Shown here: one piece after another, positions 17,163 to 26,188 of the stretch
How positions within the stretch are numbered: position 1 is the first letter of the stretch
Layout of the letters: every line of letters begins with the position of its first letter
Assembly: GCA_013375475.1 (NCBI GenBank)
Contig: JABXKD010000040.1
Coordinates: 1 to 31,614 of the forward strand
Reading direction: 5' to 3'
Length of the DNA stretch: 31,614 nucleotides
Origin: Promethearchaeota archaeon
GTDB lineage: Archaea > Asgardarchaeota > Lokiarchaeia > Sigyniarchaeales > SOKP01
The notes under the pieces: model-generated
What the model was told of the DNA's origin: nothing
The model's database searches: none
What the model saw: only the letters and a program-made list of their open reading frames with translations
Program-made: the position numbers and the translations under genes

Positions 17163-18380
17163 ATGTCGGGACACATAAATTTTGAAGATCTGGAATTAAA
17201 ATTCGGGTATTCTTGCATGCCGGATAGGTTGCATTATTATTCGAAAGAAGAAAACGATTTTAGAATGGAAGTTCGAAGATGGTGCGAAACACATGTTGCA
17301 CCATATGCAGAACAAATAGATAGAAATCGAGACAAGAATTTAGCGGTAAAAATTTTAAAAGAAATGCCTTATCTCGATATGCTTATCCCCGAAGAAGCTG
17401 GAGGACAAGGGAAAGGAATTCTTTATCGCACGATTTTAGGCGAAGAATTAACTGCCTTTAGCTACGCTTTAGCGGGTATTTTTGGAGCCTCTTCATGCTT
17501 ATTTGCTGGACCTATAATTGAATTTGGTACATCTGAACAGAAAAAGGAATATTTATCTGGGATTGGAGATGGAACAAAAATCGGAGCGATTGCTATTACA
17601 GAGCCAACGGGAGGTTCCGATGCCATTGGTGGGATGAGGTTAAAAGCAGTTCGAGAGGGGGACTACTATATCTTAAACGGTGAAAAATGCTTTATTACAA
17701 ATGGAAGTGTAGCAGATTACTTGTGCATGTATACTATTACTAATGATCAAGTGAAACAGCACAAAGGGATGACGGCATTTATCTTTGAGACAGATACTCC
17801 CGGTTTTGAAGTGATTAAAGATTTTAAGCATATGGGTAGGAGAGGTATGCCTAATTCGCATTTAAGGTTTACCAATTGTAAAGTCCCGGCTAAAAATATG
17901 CTTCATAGGGAAAATGAAGGTCTAGAAGTATTACTTTTTGGGTTAGATGGTGAACGTACTTTTACAGCCTCTCAATATGTTGGATTAGCAAGAAGTGCGT
18001 TCGAAGTAGCTTATCGCTACGCTCATAAACGAGAACAATTTGGAAAATCAATTTACAATTTTGAGGCAAATAGCTTTAAAATTGCTGAAATGTATATGGA
18101 TATAGAAATAAACAGAATCGCTATGGTACAAATTGCGAGAATGCTTGATGAAGGTCACTACCTAAGACCTACAGTTGCAGCATTGAAAGCTAGAATAGCG
18201 GACGCCACCGTACGAATCACGCAAGATGCAGTTCAAATAGTTGGAGGATTGGGATATTCAGAAGAATATCCATTAGAAAGATATTACAGGGATGCAAAAA
18301 TTGGACAAATATCAGCAGGAACATCAGAAATCATGAGATATCTCATTACAAGAGAAATGATTCGAATGTGGGGTAAATAA
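17163..18380 (+). CDS. Acyl-CoA dehydrogenase (isovaleryl-CoA dehydrogenase-type catalytic Glu placement)
   Basis: AITEPTGGSD, LNGEKCFITNG, GLDGER, REQFGK, QIVGGLGY..EYP.ERYYRDAK and ISAGTSE. Confidence 0.93.
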   Translation: MSGHINFEDLELKFGYSCMPDRLHYYSKEENDFRMEVRRWCETHVAPYAEQIDRNRDKNLAVKILKEMPYLDMLIPEEAGGQGKGILYRTILGEELTAFSYALAGIFGASSCLFAGPIIEFGTSEQKKEYLSGIGDGTKIGAIAITEPTGGSDAIGGMRLKAVREGDYYILNGEKCFITNGSVADYLCMYTITNDQVKQHKGMTAFIFETDTPGFEVIKDFKHMGRRGMPNSHLRFTNCKVPAKNMLHRENEGLEVLLFGLDGERTFTASQYVGLARSAFEVAYRYAHKREQFGKSIYNFEANSFKIAEMYMDIEINRIAMVQIARMLDEGHYLRPTVAALKARIADATVRITQDAVQIVGGLGYSEEYPLERYYRDAKIGQISAGTSEIMRYLITREMIRMWGK

Positions 18381-18392
18381 AGGTGAAGATAC

Positions 18393-19184
18393 ATGGAAAC
18401 TAAAATAAAATTAGAAATTGAAGACAAGGTTGCCAAAATTGTTCTCAATGATGGAGAAAATTACAACCCTTTAAATCAAGAAATGGCTAAGCAATTGCTT
18501 GATGTTCTAGAACAACTCCGGAACAATGAAAATGTAAGATGCTTGATGATTACGGGATCTGGTAAAGCTTTTTCTGCAGGAGGAGATATAAAAGCTTTTA
18601 AAGAAAGTATTGAAATAGGGAAACCGGGGGAGCTTATGGACAACCTTCTAAAAAACCTATATAAGATCGCACTTATATTACGCCAATATCCAAAACCCGT
18701 AGTAGCGGCTGTAAATGGATGGGCTGTAGGTGCAGGAATGAATCTTGCGCTCTCTTGCGATTTAATCATAGCATCCAATAAAGCAAAATTTAGACAATCG
18801 TTTAGCAAACTAGCGTTAATTCCCGGTTTTGCAGGAACTATACTGCTTAGCCGTCAGTTAACATGGCAACAAGCAACTGAGATGGCGTTTTTTGGTGATA
18901 CATATACAGCAGAAGATATGTTCAAACTAGGTTTTGTAAATGAAGTTGTTGATCCAGAGAGATTACTAGAACGAGCCAATGAGATGGCATCTAAACTAGC
19001 TAGTGGCCCAACGCTAACATATGCGCGTACGAAAAAACTATTTTTTGATGCTTTAAGCGGATCATTGGTAGATCATCTTGAAAACGAGCGACAGATGCAG
19101 ATTAAATCTGCAGAAACACAAGACTTTAAAATTGGTGTGTTTGCTATTAACGATAAAAAAGAACCAGAGTTTATTGGAAAGTGA
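18393..19184 (+). CDS. Enoyl-CoA hydratase/isomerase (crotonase) family protein, PaaG-like branch
   Basis: GKAFSAGGD, PKPVVAAVNG.AVGAG..LALSCD and LGFVNEVV; SD AGGTGA upstream. Confidence 0.9.
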   Translation: METKIKLEIEDKVAKIVLNDGENYNPLNQEMAKQLLDVLEQLRNNENVRCLMITGSGKAFSAGGDIKAFKESIEIGKPGELMDNLLKNLYKIALILRQYPKPVVAAVNGWAVGAGMNLALSCDLIIASNKAKFRQSFSKLALIPGFAGTILLSRQLTWQQATEMAFFGDTYTAEDMFKLGFVNEVVDPERLLERANEMASKLASGPTLTYARTKKLFFDALSGSLVDHLENERQMQIKSAETQDFKIGVFAINDKKEPEFIGK

Positions 19185-19212
19185 GTTGAAATTAAAGAAA
19201 TAACAACTCAAT

Positions 19213-19875
19213 ATGATGGAACCAGTTAACAGCCTTACAAAGGAACTTATAGAATATTGTGACAAAATCGGTATAGACTTTGTGGGATTTTCTGATACGA
19301 CTAATTTCGATAGTTTTAATAAAAAACATAGACCTGATTCTTTTCTTAGCAATTCTAAAACTGTTATTGTAATTGGGTTTCATTTATATGATATTAGCTT
19401 AGATGCTTGGAATAGAGACGAAGATAAAGGAAAAAGTTATCATTTTGCTGATTTAATATTACTAAATCAATGCCATCGAATAAAGAATTTTTTAGCCAAA
19501 AAAGGCTTTAAATCAAAAATTATAACTTATGAGCCAGGTCTTTTTTTAAAAGATGCTGCTGCGCTAGCTGGAATTGGTCCTATTGGAAAACATAATCTCC
19601 TTATCACAAAAACTTATGGATCTCAAGTAAGGTTAAGGTCATTGGTAACGGATGCAGAACTATCTTTTGGTACCCCTATTCAGGAGAGTGACTATTGCAT
19701 AAATTGTAACATTTGTGTTGAATCTTGCCCTGCGGGGGCTTTAGAAGGTGGAAAGTATAATAAAAATTTGTGCCAGAATTATTGTTTGAAGAATTTAAGG
19801 AACCTATCAGAAAATACCGTGATTTGGTGTAATGTGTGCATTGAATCTTGTCCAATAGGAAGAAAAAATAAATAA
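19213..19875 (+). CDS. Epoxyqueuosine reductase (QueG)/reductive dehalogenase-like 2x[4Fe-4S] protein
   Basis: KDAAALAGIGPIGKHNLLIT..YGSQVRL..LVTD corrinoid-fold motif, CINCNICVESCPAGAL and C...CNVCIESCP Fe-S motifs. Confidence 0.8.
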   Translation: MMEPVNSLTKELIEYCDKIGIDFVGFSDTTNFDSFNKKHRPDSFLSNSKTVIVIGFHLYDISLDAWNRDEDKGKSYHFADLILLNQCHRIKNFLAKKGFKSKIITYEPGLFLKDAAALAGIGPIGKHNLLITKTYGSQVRLRSLVTDAELSFGTPIQESDYCINCNICVESCPAGALEGGKYNKNLCQNYCLKNLRNLSENTVIWCNVCIESCPIGRKNK

Positions 19876-19976
19876 AATTTTACGAGAAATTATAGTAAGG
19901 TTTACAAATATTTGAACTATTTTTAAAAACTATGTGTAATAGAACTAATTTAATATAATTAGAAAAAATTAGAAAA

Positions 19977-21428
19977 ATGACGTTAAAGACCCCAGAAGAA
20001 TACTTAAAAAGCATTCAACGACCTGTAAATTTGTATATGTTCGGTAAGAAAATAGAAGAATTCTGGAATCATCCAATCATAAAACCATCGATAAATACTG
20101 TCATGAAAATTTATGAATTAGCCCAGATGGATGAATATAAGAATTTGATGACGACTAAATCTCATTTAACCGGCGAAATAATAAATAGATTTACCCATAT
20201 CCACCAATCAACAGAAGATCTTATTAACAAAGTTAAAATGCAGCGGTTATTAGGGCAGCATACAGCCTGTTGCTTTCAAAGATGTGTGGGTTTTGACGCA
20301 GCGAATTCCTTATATAGCGTTACCTATGAAATGGACAAAAAGCATAACACTGATTACCATACTCGATTTAAGAATTATTGGATAGAAGTTCAAAAGCAAG
20401 ATCTCATGGTCGATGGTGCTATGACAGATACAAAAGGAGATAGAAGTAAAAGACCAAAGGATCAAGCAGATCCCGACTCTTATTTACATGTGGTTGATAG
20501 AAGTGATGATGGAATTGTCGTTCGAGGGGCTAAAGTGCATCAGACTGGATTTTTAAACTCTCATCGAGCGATTATTATGCCTACTCTCACCTTGAGACCG
20601 GGAGAAGAGGAATATGCAATAAGTTTCGGAATTAATACAAATGAAAAAGGGATAACGATGATTTATGGTAGACAGTCATGTGATACTCGAAAAATTGAGG
20701 CCGATGAACTAGATATTGGTAACTTCAAATTTGGTGGTCAGGAAATTTTCGTGGTTTTTGATAATGTCTTTGTACCAAATGAAAACATATTTATGAATGG
20801 TGAAATTGAGTTCTCGGGGGAATTAGTTAATCGATTTGCTGGTTTTCATAGACAATCCTATGGAGGATGCAAGGTAGGCGTAGGAGATGTGTTAATTGGA
20901 GCTACTGCCCTTATTTCTGAATATAATGGAACAGATAAAGCATCACATGTAAGAGATAAACTAGTCGAGATGACTCATCTCAATGAAACGCTCTATAGTT
21001 GTGGAATAGCTTGTAGTTCCTTAGGATTCCAACGAGAATCGGGTAATTATGAAATGGACATGTTATTAGCAAATGTGTGCAAACAAAATGTAACCCGTTT
21101 TCCCTATGAGATCGGGAGATTAGCTGAAGACATCGCTGGCGGAATGATTTGTACTATGCCCTCTGAGGCAGATCTTAAGTCAGAGGAAATCGGACCTTTA
21201 ATCGAAAAGTATCTAACGACCTGTGAAGGAATGTGTGTAGAAGACAGATATAAGGTGCTTCGTTTTATTGAAAATTTAACTATGGGAGTAGCTTCTGTGA
21301 GTTACAGAACGGAATCTATGCACGGAGCAGGATCTCCTCAGGCTCAAAGAATCATGATTTCTCGTCAAGCAAATTTAGAAGAAAAGAAAGAATTAGTGAA
21401 GAAAATTCTTGAAATCGATCCAGAGTAG
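19977..21428 (+). CDS. abfD: 4-hydroxybutyryl-CoA dehydratase / vinylacetyl-CoA isomerase
   Basis: Fe-S ligand motifs CFQRCVG.D and HRQSYGGCK, plus GAMTD.KGDRS, GAKVHQTG, GGQE and TESMHGAGSPQAQR. Confidence 0.93.
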   Translation: MTLKTPEEYLKSIQRPVNLYMFGKKIEEFWNHPIIKPSINTVMKIYELAQMDEYKNLMTTKSHLTGEIINRFTHIHQSTEDLINKVKMQRLLGQHTACCFQRCVGFDAANSLYSVTYEMDKKHNTDYHTRFKNYWIEVQKQDLMVDGAMTDTKGDRSKRPKDQADPDSYLHVVDRSDDGIVVRGAKVHQTGFLNSHRAIIMPTLTLRPGEEEYAISFGINTNEKGITMIYGRQSCDTRKIEADELDIGNFKFGGQEIFVVFDNVFVPNENIFMNGEIEFSGELVNRFAGFHRQSYGGCKVGVGDVLIGATALISEYNGTDKASHVRDKLVEMTHLNETLYSCGIACSSLGFQRESGNYEMDMLLANVCKQNVTRFPYEIGRLAEDIAGGMICTMPSEADLKSEEIGPLIEKYLTTCEGMCVEDRYKVLRFIENLTMGVASVSYRTESMHGAGSPQAQRIMISRQANLEEKKELVKKILEIDPE

Positions 21429-21463
21429 TTATTTCTTTCAAAACTCATTGAATTGAATTCTAC

Positions 21464-21474
21464 TTTCTTTTTTT
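21464..21474 (+). terminator. Oligo-T terminator after abfD
   Basis: TTTCTTTTTTT about 35 nt after the stop. Confidence 0.4.
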
Positions 21475-21548
21475 GCCATAATCTTATAATTCTGAAGAAG
21501 AAATTTTAAAATCATAACTGCATTATCAAAAGAAAGTAATTTTACCAT

Positions 21549-21869
21549 ATGACTATAGAGGTGAGCATTATAGAAACTAAAAATATATTTGAAAATCAGA
21601 AGTTTAATTTAAATGCACCTTCAAAAGATCCTATCTATATTTCAGATAAATTTAAGGTAATGCGAATTTCCTTAAAAAAAGGGTTAGAAATCGAACCCCA
21701 TCTTGGTTCCCATCCGGTCGTTTTCTTAGTTTTAAAAGGAAGGGGTGTTTTCCCTACTGATTCTGGAGAGGTAGAATTAGGTGAGAACGATTACATAACT
21801 TATAGCGATACCGAATCAAGGGGCATGAAAAGTTTAGAAGACTTAACTGTGCTAGCTATTCGGGACTAA
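21549..21869 (+). CDS. Cupin-domain protein
   Basis: G..IEPH..SHPV.F.VLKGRG.F and ELGEND.I cupin barrel pattern; 4-bp convergent overlap with the pyrG stop. Confidence 0.8.
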   Translation: MTIEVSIIETKNIFENQKFNLNAPSKDPIYISDKFKVMRISLKKGLEIEPHLGSHPVVFLVLKGRGVFPTDSGEVELGENDYITYSDTESRGMKSLEDLTVLAIRD

Positions 21870-23566
21870 TTTATTTTTCTTTTATTTTTATATGTCACGC
21901 ATGCTTCAATAAAATTATAATAAACCTTTGATGGAGCATAGGGTCTAGATTTAAATTCTGGATGAAATTGAGTTCCAACCATCCAATGATCTTTTCTATT
22001 TAATTCTATACTGTTAATTATTTCGCCAGAACCGTTTCTACTTGAAATGACAAGCCCTTTTTCTTTTGCTTTTTCGTCTATAAATCGCTCTTGAATGTGA
22101 TACCTATGTCTAAATCTTTCGAAAATCTCTTTTTGTCCATAAGCTTCGTAAAGTTTTGTATTCTCTTTAATAATTATTTTCTCAGCACCTAAACGCATTG
22201 TTCCGCCTTTTTCAGTAACATCTTCTTGACTTTTCAGAAGATCTACTACGGGAAATGGAGTATTCGGGTCAATTTCGGAAGAATTTGCATTACTCAATCC
22301 CAAATACTTTCTACAGAAGGCAGCAAAGAATAATTGAGCTCCAAAGCAGATGCCAAGAAAAGGAACCTTATTTTCCATTGCATATTCAGCAGATTTTATC
22401 ATGCCCTCTACTGCCCGCTCTCCAAATCCTGGTGTCAACAAGATTCCGTCGCAATCTTTCAATTCATCTTCAATGTCAGTTTCTTCCGTTATATTTATCA
22501 TTTTCAATTCTGTCTTATAACCTTGATGTGCTGCTGCGTGCTCTAAGGCGTCGTTTATCGAGATGTATGAATCTGAAATGTTGAAGTATTTTCCAGGCAT
22601 GGCTAATTTTACTGCTTTATTAGCGCTCTTATACATTTCAACCATTTTCAACCATTCCGAATAATTATTAACCTCGCTATAAGAAACCAGTTTAGCTTTC
22701 AAATCGATTAATTCGCAGAGAAAATCTCCTAATCCCTGTTCTTCGAATAAAATGGGAAGTTCATATACTATTTCTAAATCAGGATTTGAAATTACGGCAG
22801 TTTCGGGAACATTCGAATAAAGGGATATTTTTGATCTGATATCCTCTGTAAGAGGTTTTTCACTTCTACCAATTATAATATCTGGCTGTAATCCCATACT
22901 TTGAAGCAATTTTACAGAATGTTGAGTTGGTTTGGATTTTTGTTGACCAACAGCGCGAGAATAGGGAACAAGAGTAACATGAACGAGAGCTGTGCGATTA
23001 GGAATTTCTAATTTAATTTGTCGAAAAGCTTCTAGAAAAATACTGGATTCTAAATCGCCAACTGTTCCGCCACATTCGATTAAAAGTACATCTAGGTTTT
23101 CATTTTTGGAAATTTCCATCAATCTTTCCTTTATTATATTCGTTACATGAGGAATCAATTGAACAGTCTTGCCTAAAAATTTACCTTTTCTCTCACTTAA
23201 GATTGTTGAGAGATAGATTTGACCAGAAGTTATATTATGGGAAGGATGCATCTCAATTCCTAGAAACCTCGAATATGTTCCAAAATCTTGATCGATTTCG
23301 GAAATTCTATATGATCTTTCGTCTGATCCATGAACAGGAGTAAAATCCCATACATCCTCAGTTATAAAGCATTCTCCGTGTTCTATTGGATTAAGCGTTC
23401 CGGGATCGACATTGAGGTAGGGATCGATTTTAACTACAGAGATGTTGAAACCTCGGAATTGGAGTATTTTTCCCAGACTTGCTGTAGCTACACCTTTTCC
23501 TACAGCAGACATTACACCCCCTGTAACGAATATAAATCGCGTATTACCATTAGTTATATCTGTCAA
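21866..23566 (-). CDS. pyrG: CTP synthase
   Basis: FVTGGVMSAVGKG, KIDPYLNVDPGT, GKTVQLIPH, ECGGTVGDLES, KSKPTQHSVK, GATase GICFG, GGTMRLG, ERFRHRY and QFHPEF. Confidence 0.98.
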   Translation of the reverse strand: MTDITNGNTRFIFVTGGVMSAVGKGVATASLGKILQFRGFNISVVKIDPYLNVDPGTLNPIEHGECFITEDVWDFTPVHGSDERSYRISEIDQDFGTYSRFLGIEMHPSHNITSGQIYLSTILSERKGKFLGKTVQLIPHVTNIIKERLMEISKNENLDVLLIECGGTVGDLESSIFLEAFRQIKLEIPNRTALVHVTLVPYSRAVGQQKSKPTQHSVKLLQSMGLQPDIIIGRSEKPLTEDIRSKISLYSNVPETAVISNPDLEIVYELPILFEEQGLGDFLCELIDLKAKLVSYSEVNNYSEWLKMVEMYKSANKAVKLAMPGKYFNISDSYISINDALEHAAAHQGYKTELKMINITEETDIEDELKDCDGILLTPGFGERAVEGMIKSAEYAMENKVPFLGICFGAQLFFAAFCRKYLGLSNANSSEIDPNTPFPVVDLLKSQEDVTEKGGTMRLGAEKIIIKENTKLYEAYGQKEIFERFRHRYHIQERFIDEKAKEKGLVISSRNGSGEIINSIELNRKDHWMVGTQFHPEFKSRPYAPSKVYYNFIEACVTYKNKRKIN

Positions 23567-23689
23567 ATTAAACTACACTTCTCTGATTGTATCAAAAATT
23601 ATAATATTTTCCTATAAAAATATTAAGTATCAAACACAGCTAATAAGAATTTCGAGTTAATCTCAAAACCAAATAGGGATGAATAATAG

Positions 23690-25210
23690 TTAGGTTATAA
23701 ATAGACTTTTCGAAGAAAAGTTTGGGTCTGATGTTATATTAAGACCTAGTCGTCTTAAACCAGCTTCATCTCCTGGTGTAGGTATGTGAGTTGAGTGCAT
23801 TTCACATCCGCTTAACTCCTTAAGTTTTTCTATAGCTACTTTAGCAGAATGGTTGAAATCAGCGCTGATACTTAAAGCTATTAGAGTTTCTTCAAGATTA
23901 AGACTTAATCGTTTGTTATTGAAAATTTCCGATTTTAGATAACTAATGGACTCTAGTATATTTGGAGATAAGAGGTGTATATTATCAGGAATACCCGCTA
24001 ATTCTTTAATTGTATTTAAGATTAAACTAGAAGCAGCATGCATTAATGGTGAATTACTACCAGTTATAATCTTTCCATTAACCAATTGTAATGCAGCTCC
24101 AGCAAATACTCCTTCGTTTCCTTTTCCTTTTTTTTCGGCAGCTTTAGAAGCTTGTCGAGCTTCATTTACAACTTTTCGATCAATTACATTGAGATTCAGT
24201 TCTTTCATCAACAATTCCGCTCTTTGAACAGTCTTCTTATCTGATCCACCCATCGCATATTCACAACTATATCGCAAATGTCTTCTGATAAGTTCCTGTT
24301 TTGCGGCTTGTTGCACAAGATCATCATGGATTATAGCAAAACCTGCTTTATTCACGCCCATATCTGTAGGTGATTTATAGACTAATCTACTATCCATAAT
24401 TCTTTGCATTATTTTCTTAACCACGGGAAAAATCTCTACATCTCTGTTATAGGTTACTGCCGTTATATTATAAGCTTCAAGATGAAAAGGATCTACTTGA
24501 TTAAAATCGCCAAGATCAGCAGTAGCAGATTCGTACGCCATATTTACGGGGTGTTTCAATGGTAAATTCCAAATTGGAAAGGTTTCAAATTTAGCATAGC
24601 CCGCATCGATTCCGTTTATATGCTCGTGATAAATTTGCGAGAGGCATGTTGCCAATTTTCCACTACCAGGACCGGGGGCAGTAACGATTATTATAGGTTT
24701 TGAAGTTTCGATGTATGGATTTGCACCGTACCCTTCTTCACTTATAATTAAATCTATATTAGTTGGATATCCCTTAATTAAACCATGTGTATAAACTTTA
24801 ATGTTACGACGCTCCAGTTTATTCATAAATTGTTTTACTACTTGTTGTCCATTGTAGCGAGTGACAACCACACCACTTACCTTAATTTCTCCATCTCGAA
24901 GATCATCAATTAATTTCAATGCATTGATGTCATAAGTTATCCCGAAATCTGCCCGAATTTTCCTTCTTTCTATATCTCCGGAGTATATGCAAACAATAAC
25001 CTCAATTTTATCCTTGAGTTCCTTTAGGAGTTTCATTTTTACATTTGGATCAAACCCAGGAAGAACTCGTGAAGCATGATAATCATATACAAGTTTTCCG
25101 CCAAATTCAAGATATAGTTTATTTCCAAATTGAGCTGCGCGATCAACTATGCTTTTAGATTGTTCTTTTAGATATTTTTCATTATCAAATCCAATATTCT
25201 GTTTTAGCAT
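23690..25210 (-). CDS. DUF1846 family protein
   Basis: IGFDNEKYL.EQS..I, KLYLEFGGKL..DYHASRVLPGF, TAPGPGSGKLATCLSQ, AKFETFPIWNLPLKHPVN and YKSPTDMGVN. Confidence 0.9.
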   Translation of the reverse strand: MLKQNIGFDNEKYLKEQSKSIVDRAAQFGNKLYLEFGGKLVYDYHASRVLPGFDPNVKMKLLKELKDKIEVIVCIYSGDIERRKIRADFGITYDINALKLIDDLRDGEIKVSGVVVTRYNGQQVVKQFMNKLERRNIKVYTHGLIKGYPTNIDLIISEEGYGANPYIETSKPIIIVTAPGPGSGKLATCLSQIYHEHINGIDAGYAKFETFPIWNLPLKHPVNMAYESATADLGDFNQVDPFHLEAYNITAVTYNRDVEIFPVVKKIMQRIMDSRLVYKSPTDMGVNKAGFAIIHDDLVQQAAKQELIRRHLRYSCEYAMGGSDKKTVQRAELLMKELNLNVIDRKVVNEARQASKAAEKKGKGNEGVFAGAALQLVNGKIITGSNSPLMHAASSLILNTIKELAGIPDNIHLLSPNILESISYLKSEIFNNKRLSLNLEETLIALSISADFNHSAKVAIEKLKELSGCEMHSTHIPTPGDEAGLRRLGLNITSDPNFSSKSLFIT

Positions 25211-25244
25211 TATAATCCTTAATTTTTAGTTATCTTAACTTATA

Positions 25245-26072
25245 TCATTTTCCTTTAAAAACTGGATCTCTCTTTTCACTTAACGACTTTGTAGATTCCC
25301 TAAAATCGCGTGTTTTTAACGACGCTTGAATACCTTCGTTTTCTTTATCTAAAGTGCTAGATAATATGTCTCTGAAGTAGTCATGCATAGTTTTTTTCAT
25401 AAGCTTTATAGCAGCGCTTGGTCCTTTTGGCGGGATTAAACTTTCGGCTTTTTCTCTTGCTAAAGCCATCAAATCTCCAGGGGGTACTGATTTATTAATC
25501 AAACCTAATTTTTCAGCTTCTTTAGCGTAGATTTTATCTCCAAAATATAATATTTCCTTTGCTTTCTGGAATCCAACATAAAATGGAAGTAAGAAAGAAA
25601 GGCTAAACTCAGGTATAATTGCGCGTTTAACAAATATTAATCCGATATAAGTTTCAGGATCATCGGCCATATAGATTAGATCAGCACCCACCAGGGGCAT
25701 TGTAAAGCCTGCACCTAAAGCCAACCCATTTATAGCTGCAATCACAGGCTTTGTAAAGTTCCAAAATTTCATACAAGTTTTTTTTTGAGCGATATCCATC
25801 AAATCAATTTCCTTTAGTATTTCTTCGGGAATTTGCGTCATCATTTTCATATTAAAATATCCTCCCGAGGAAAAAGCTCTACCCTCCGGAGAGCCAGTCA
25901 TAATTAAGACACGAGTATTTTTATCCTTTTCCATATCATCTAAAACTGTTTGTATTTCTAAAAAGGTAACTTGCGATAGTGCGTTTCTTCTTTCTGGTCT
26001 ATTAAAGGTGATTGTACAAATACCGTTTTCTTCCTTTTCATAAATTATATCTTGAATATCTTCTACCTTCAT
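25245..26072 (-). CDS. Enoyl-CoA hydratase/isomerase family protein (delta3,delta2-enoyl-CoA isomerase-like)
   Basis: NRPERRNAL, AFSSGG, KPVIAAINGLALGAG, and a single acidic residue in IIPEF at the ECI2/PaaG catalytic position. Confidence 0.88.
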   Translation of the reverse strand: MKVEDIQDIIYEKEENGICTITFNRPERRNALSQVTFLEIQTVLDDMEKDKNTRVLIMTGSPEGRAFSSGGYFNMKMMTQIPEEILKEIDLMDIAQKKTCMKFWNFTKPVIAAINGLALGAGFTMPLVGADLIYMADDPETYIGLIFVKRAIIPEFSLSFLLPFYVGFQKAKEILYFGDKIYAKEAEKLGLINKSVPPGDLMALAREKAESLIPPKGPSAAIKLMKKTMHDYFRDILSSTLDKENEGIQASLKTRDFRESTKSLSEKRDPVFKGK

Positions 26073-26123
26073 ATTTTACACTCAAATACCTTAAATTGAA
26101 TATATATAGAGTTTGGTTTACTC

Positions 26124-26140
26124 ATTTATAATTGTTTTCT
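26124..26140 (-). promoter_or_regulatory. BRE/TATA promoter for the isomerase gene
   Basis: Minus strand AGAAAACAA-TTATAAAT about 52 nt upstream of ATG 26072. Confidence 0.5.
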
Positions 26141-26151
26141 ACTAATAAAAT

Positions 26152-26163
26152 AAAAAAAAAAAA
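26152..26163 (-). terminator. Oligo-T terminator after the acyl-CoA dehydrogenase
   Basis: T12 run on the minus strand 25 nt after stop 26189. Confidence 0.55.
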
Positions 26164-26188
26164 GAGATTTAATTTAAAAAATCAATCT

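Noticed and set aside
19977-21428. abfD as evidence for autotrophic HP/HB or DC/HB carbon fixation
   Set aside because: No other cycle genes are in the window; abfD alone is common in fermentative organisms.
21866-21869. 4-bp convergent overlap of the cupin and pyrG stop codons
   Set aside because: A common arrangement in compact genomes; no added signal.
1242-23660. Short shadow ORFs (1242-1499, 3947-4168, 4086-4322, 4485-4685, 5041-5259, 5764-5985, 9207-9500, 16586-16963, 17673-17861, 18476-18808, 19062-19352, 19192-19383, 22255-22584, 22334-22546, 23330-23617, 23442-23660)
   Set aside because: All overlap well-supported genes on the opposite strand or in another frame and show no recognisable motifs.
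23946-24227. 93-aa plus-strand ORF
   Set aside because: Antisense shadow of the DUF1846 gene.
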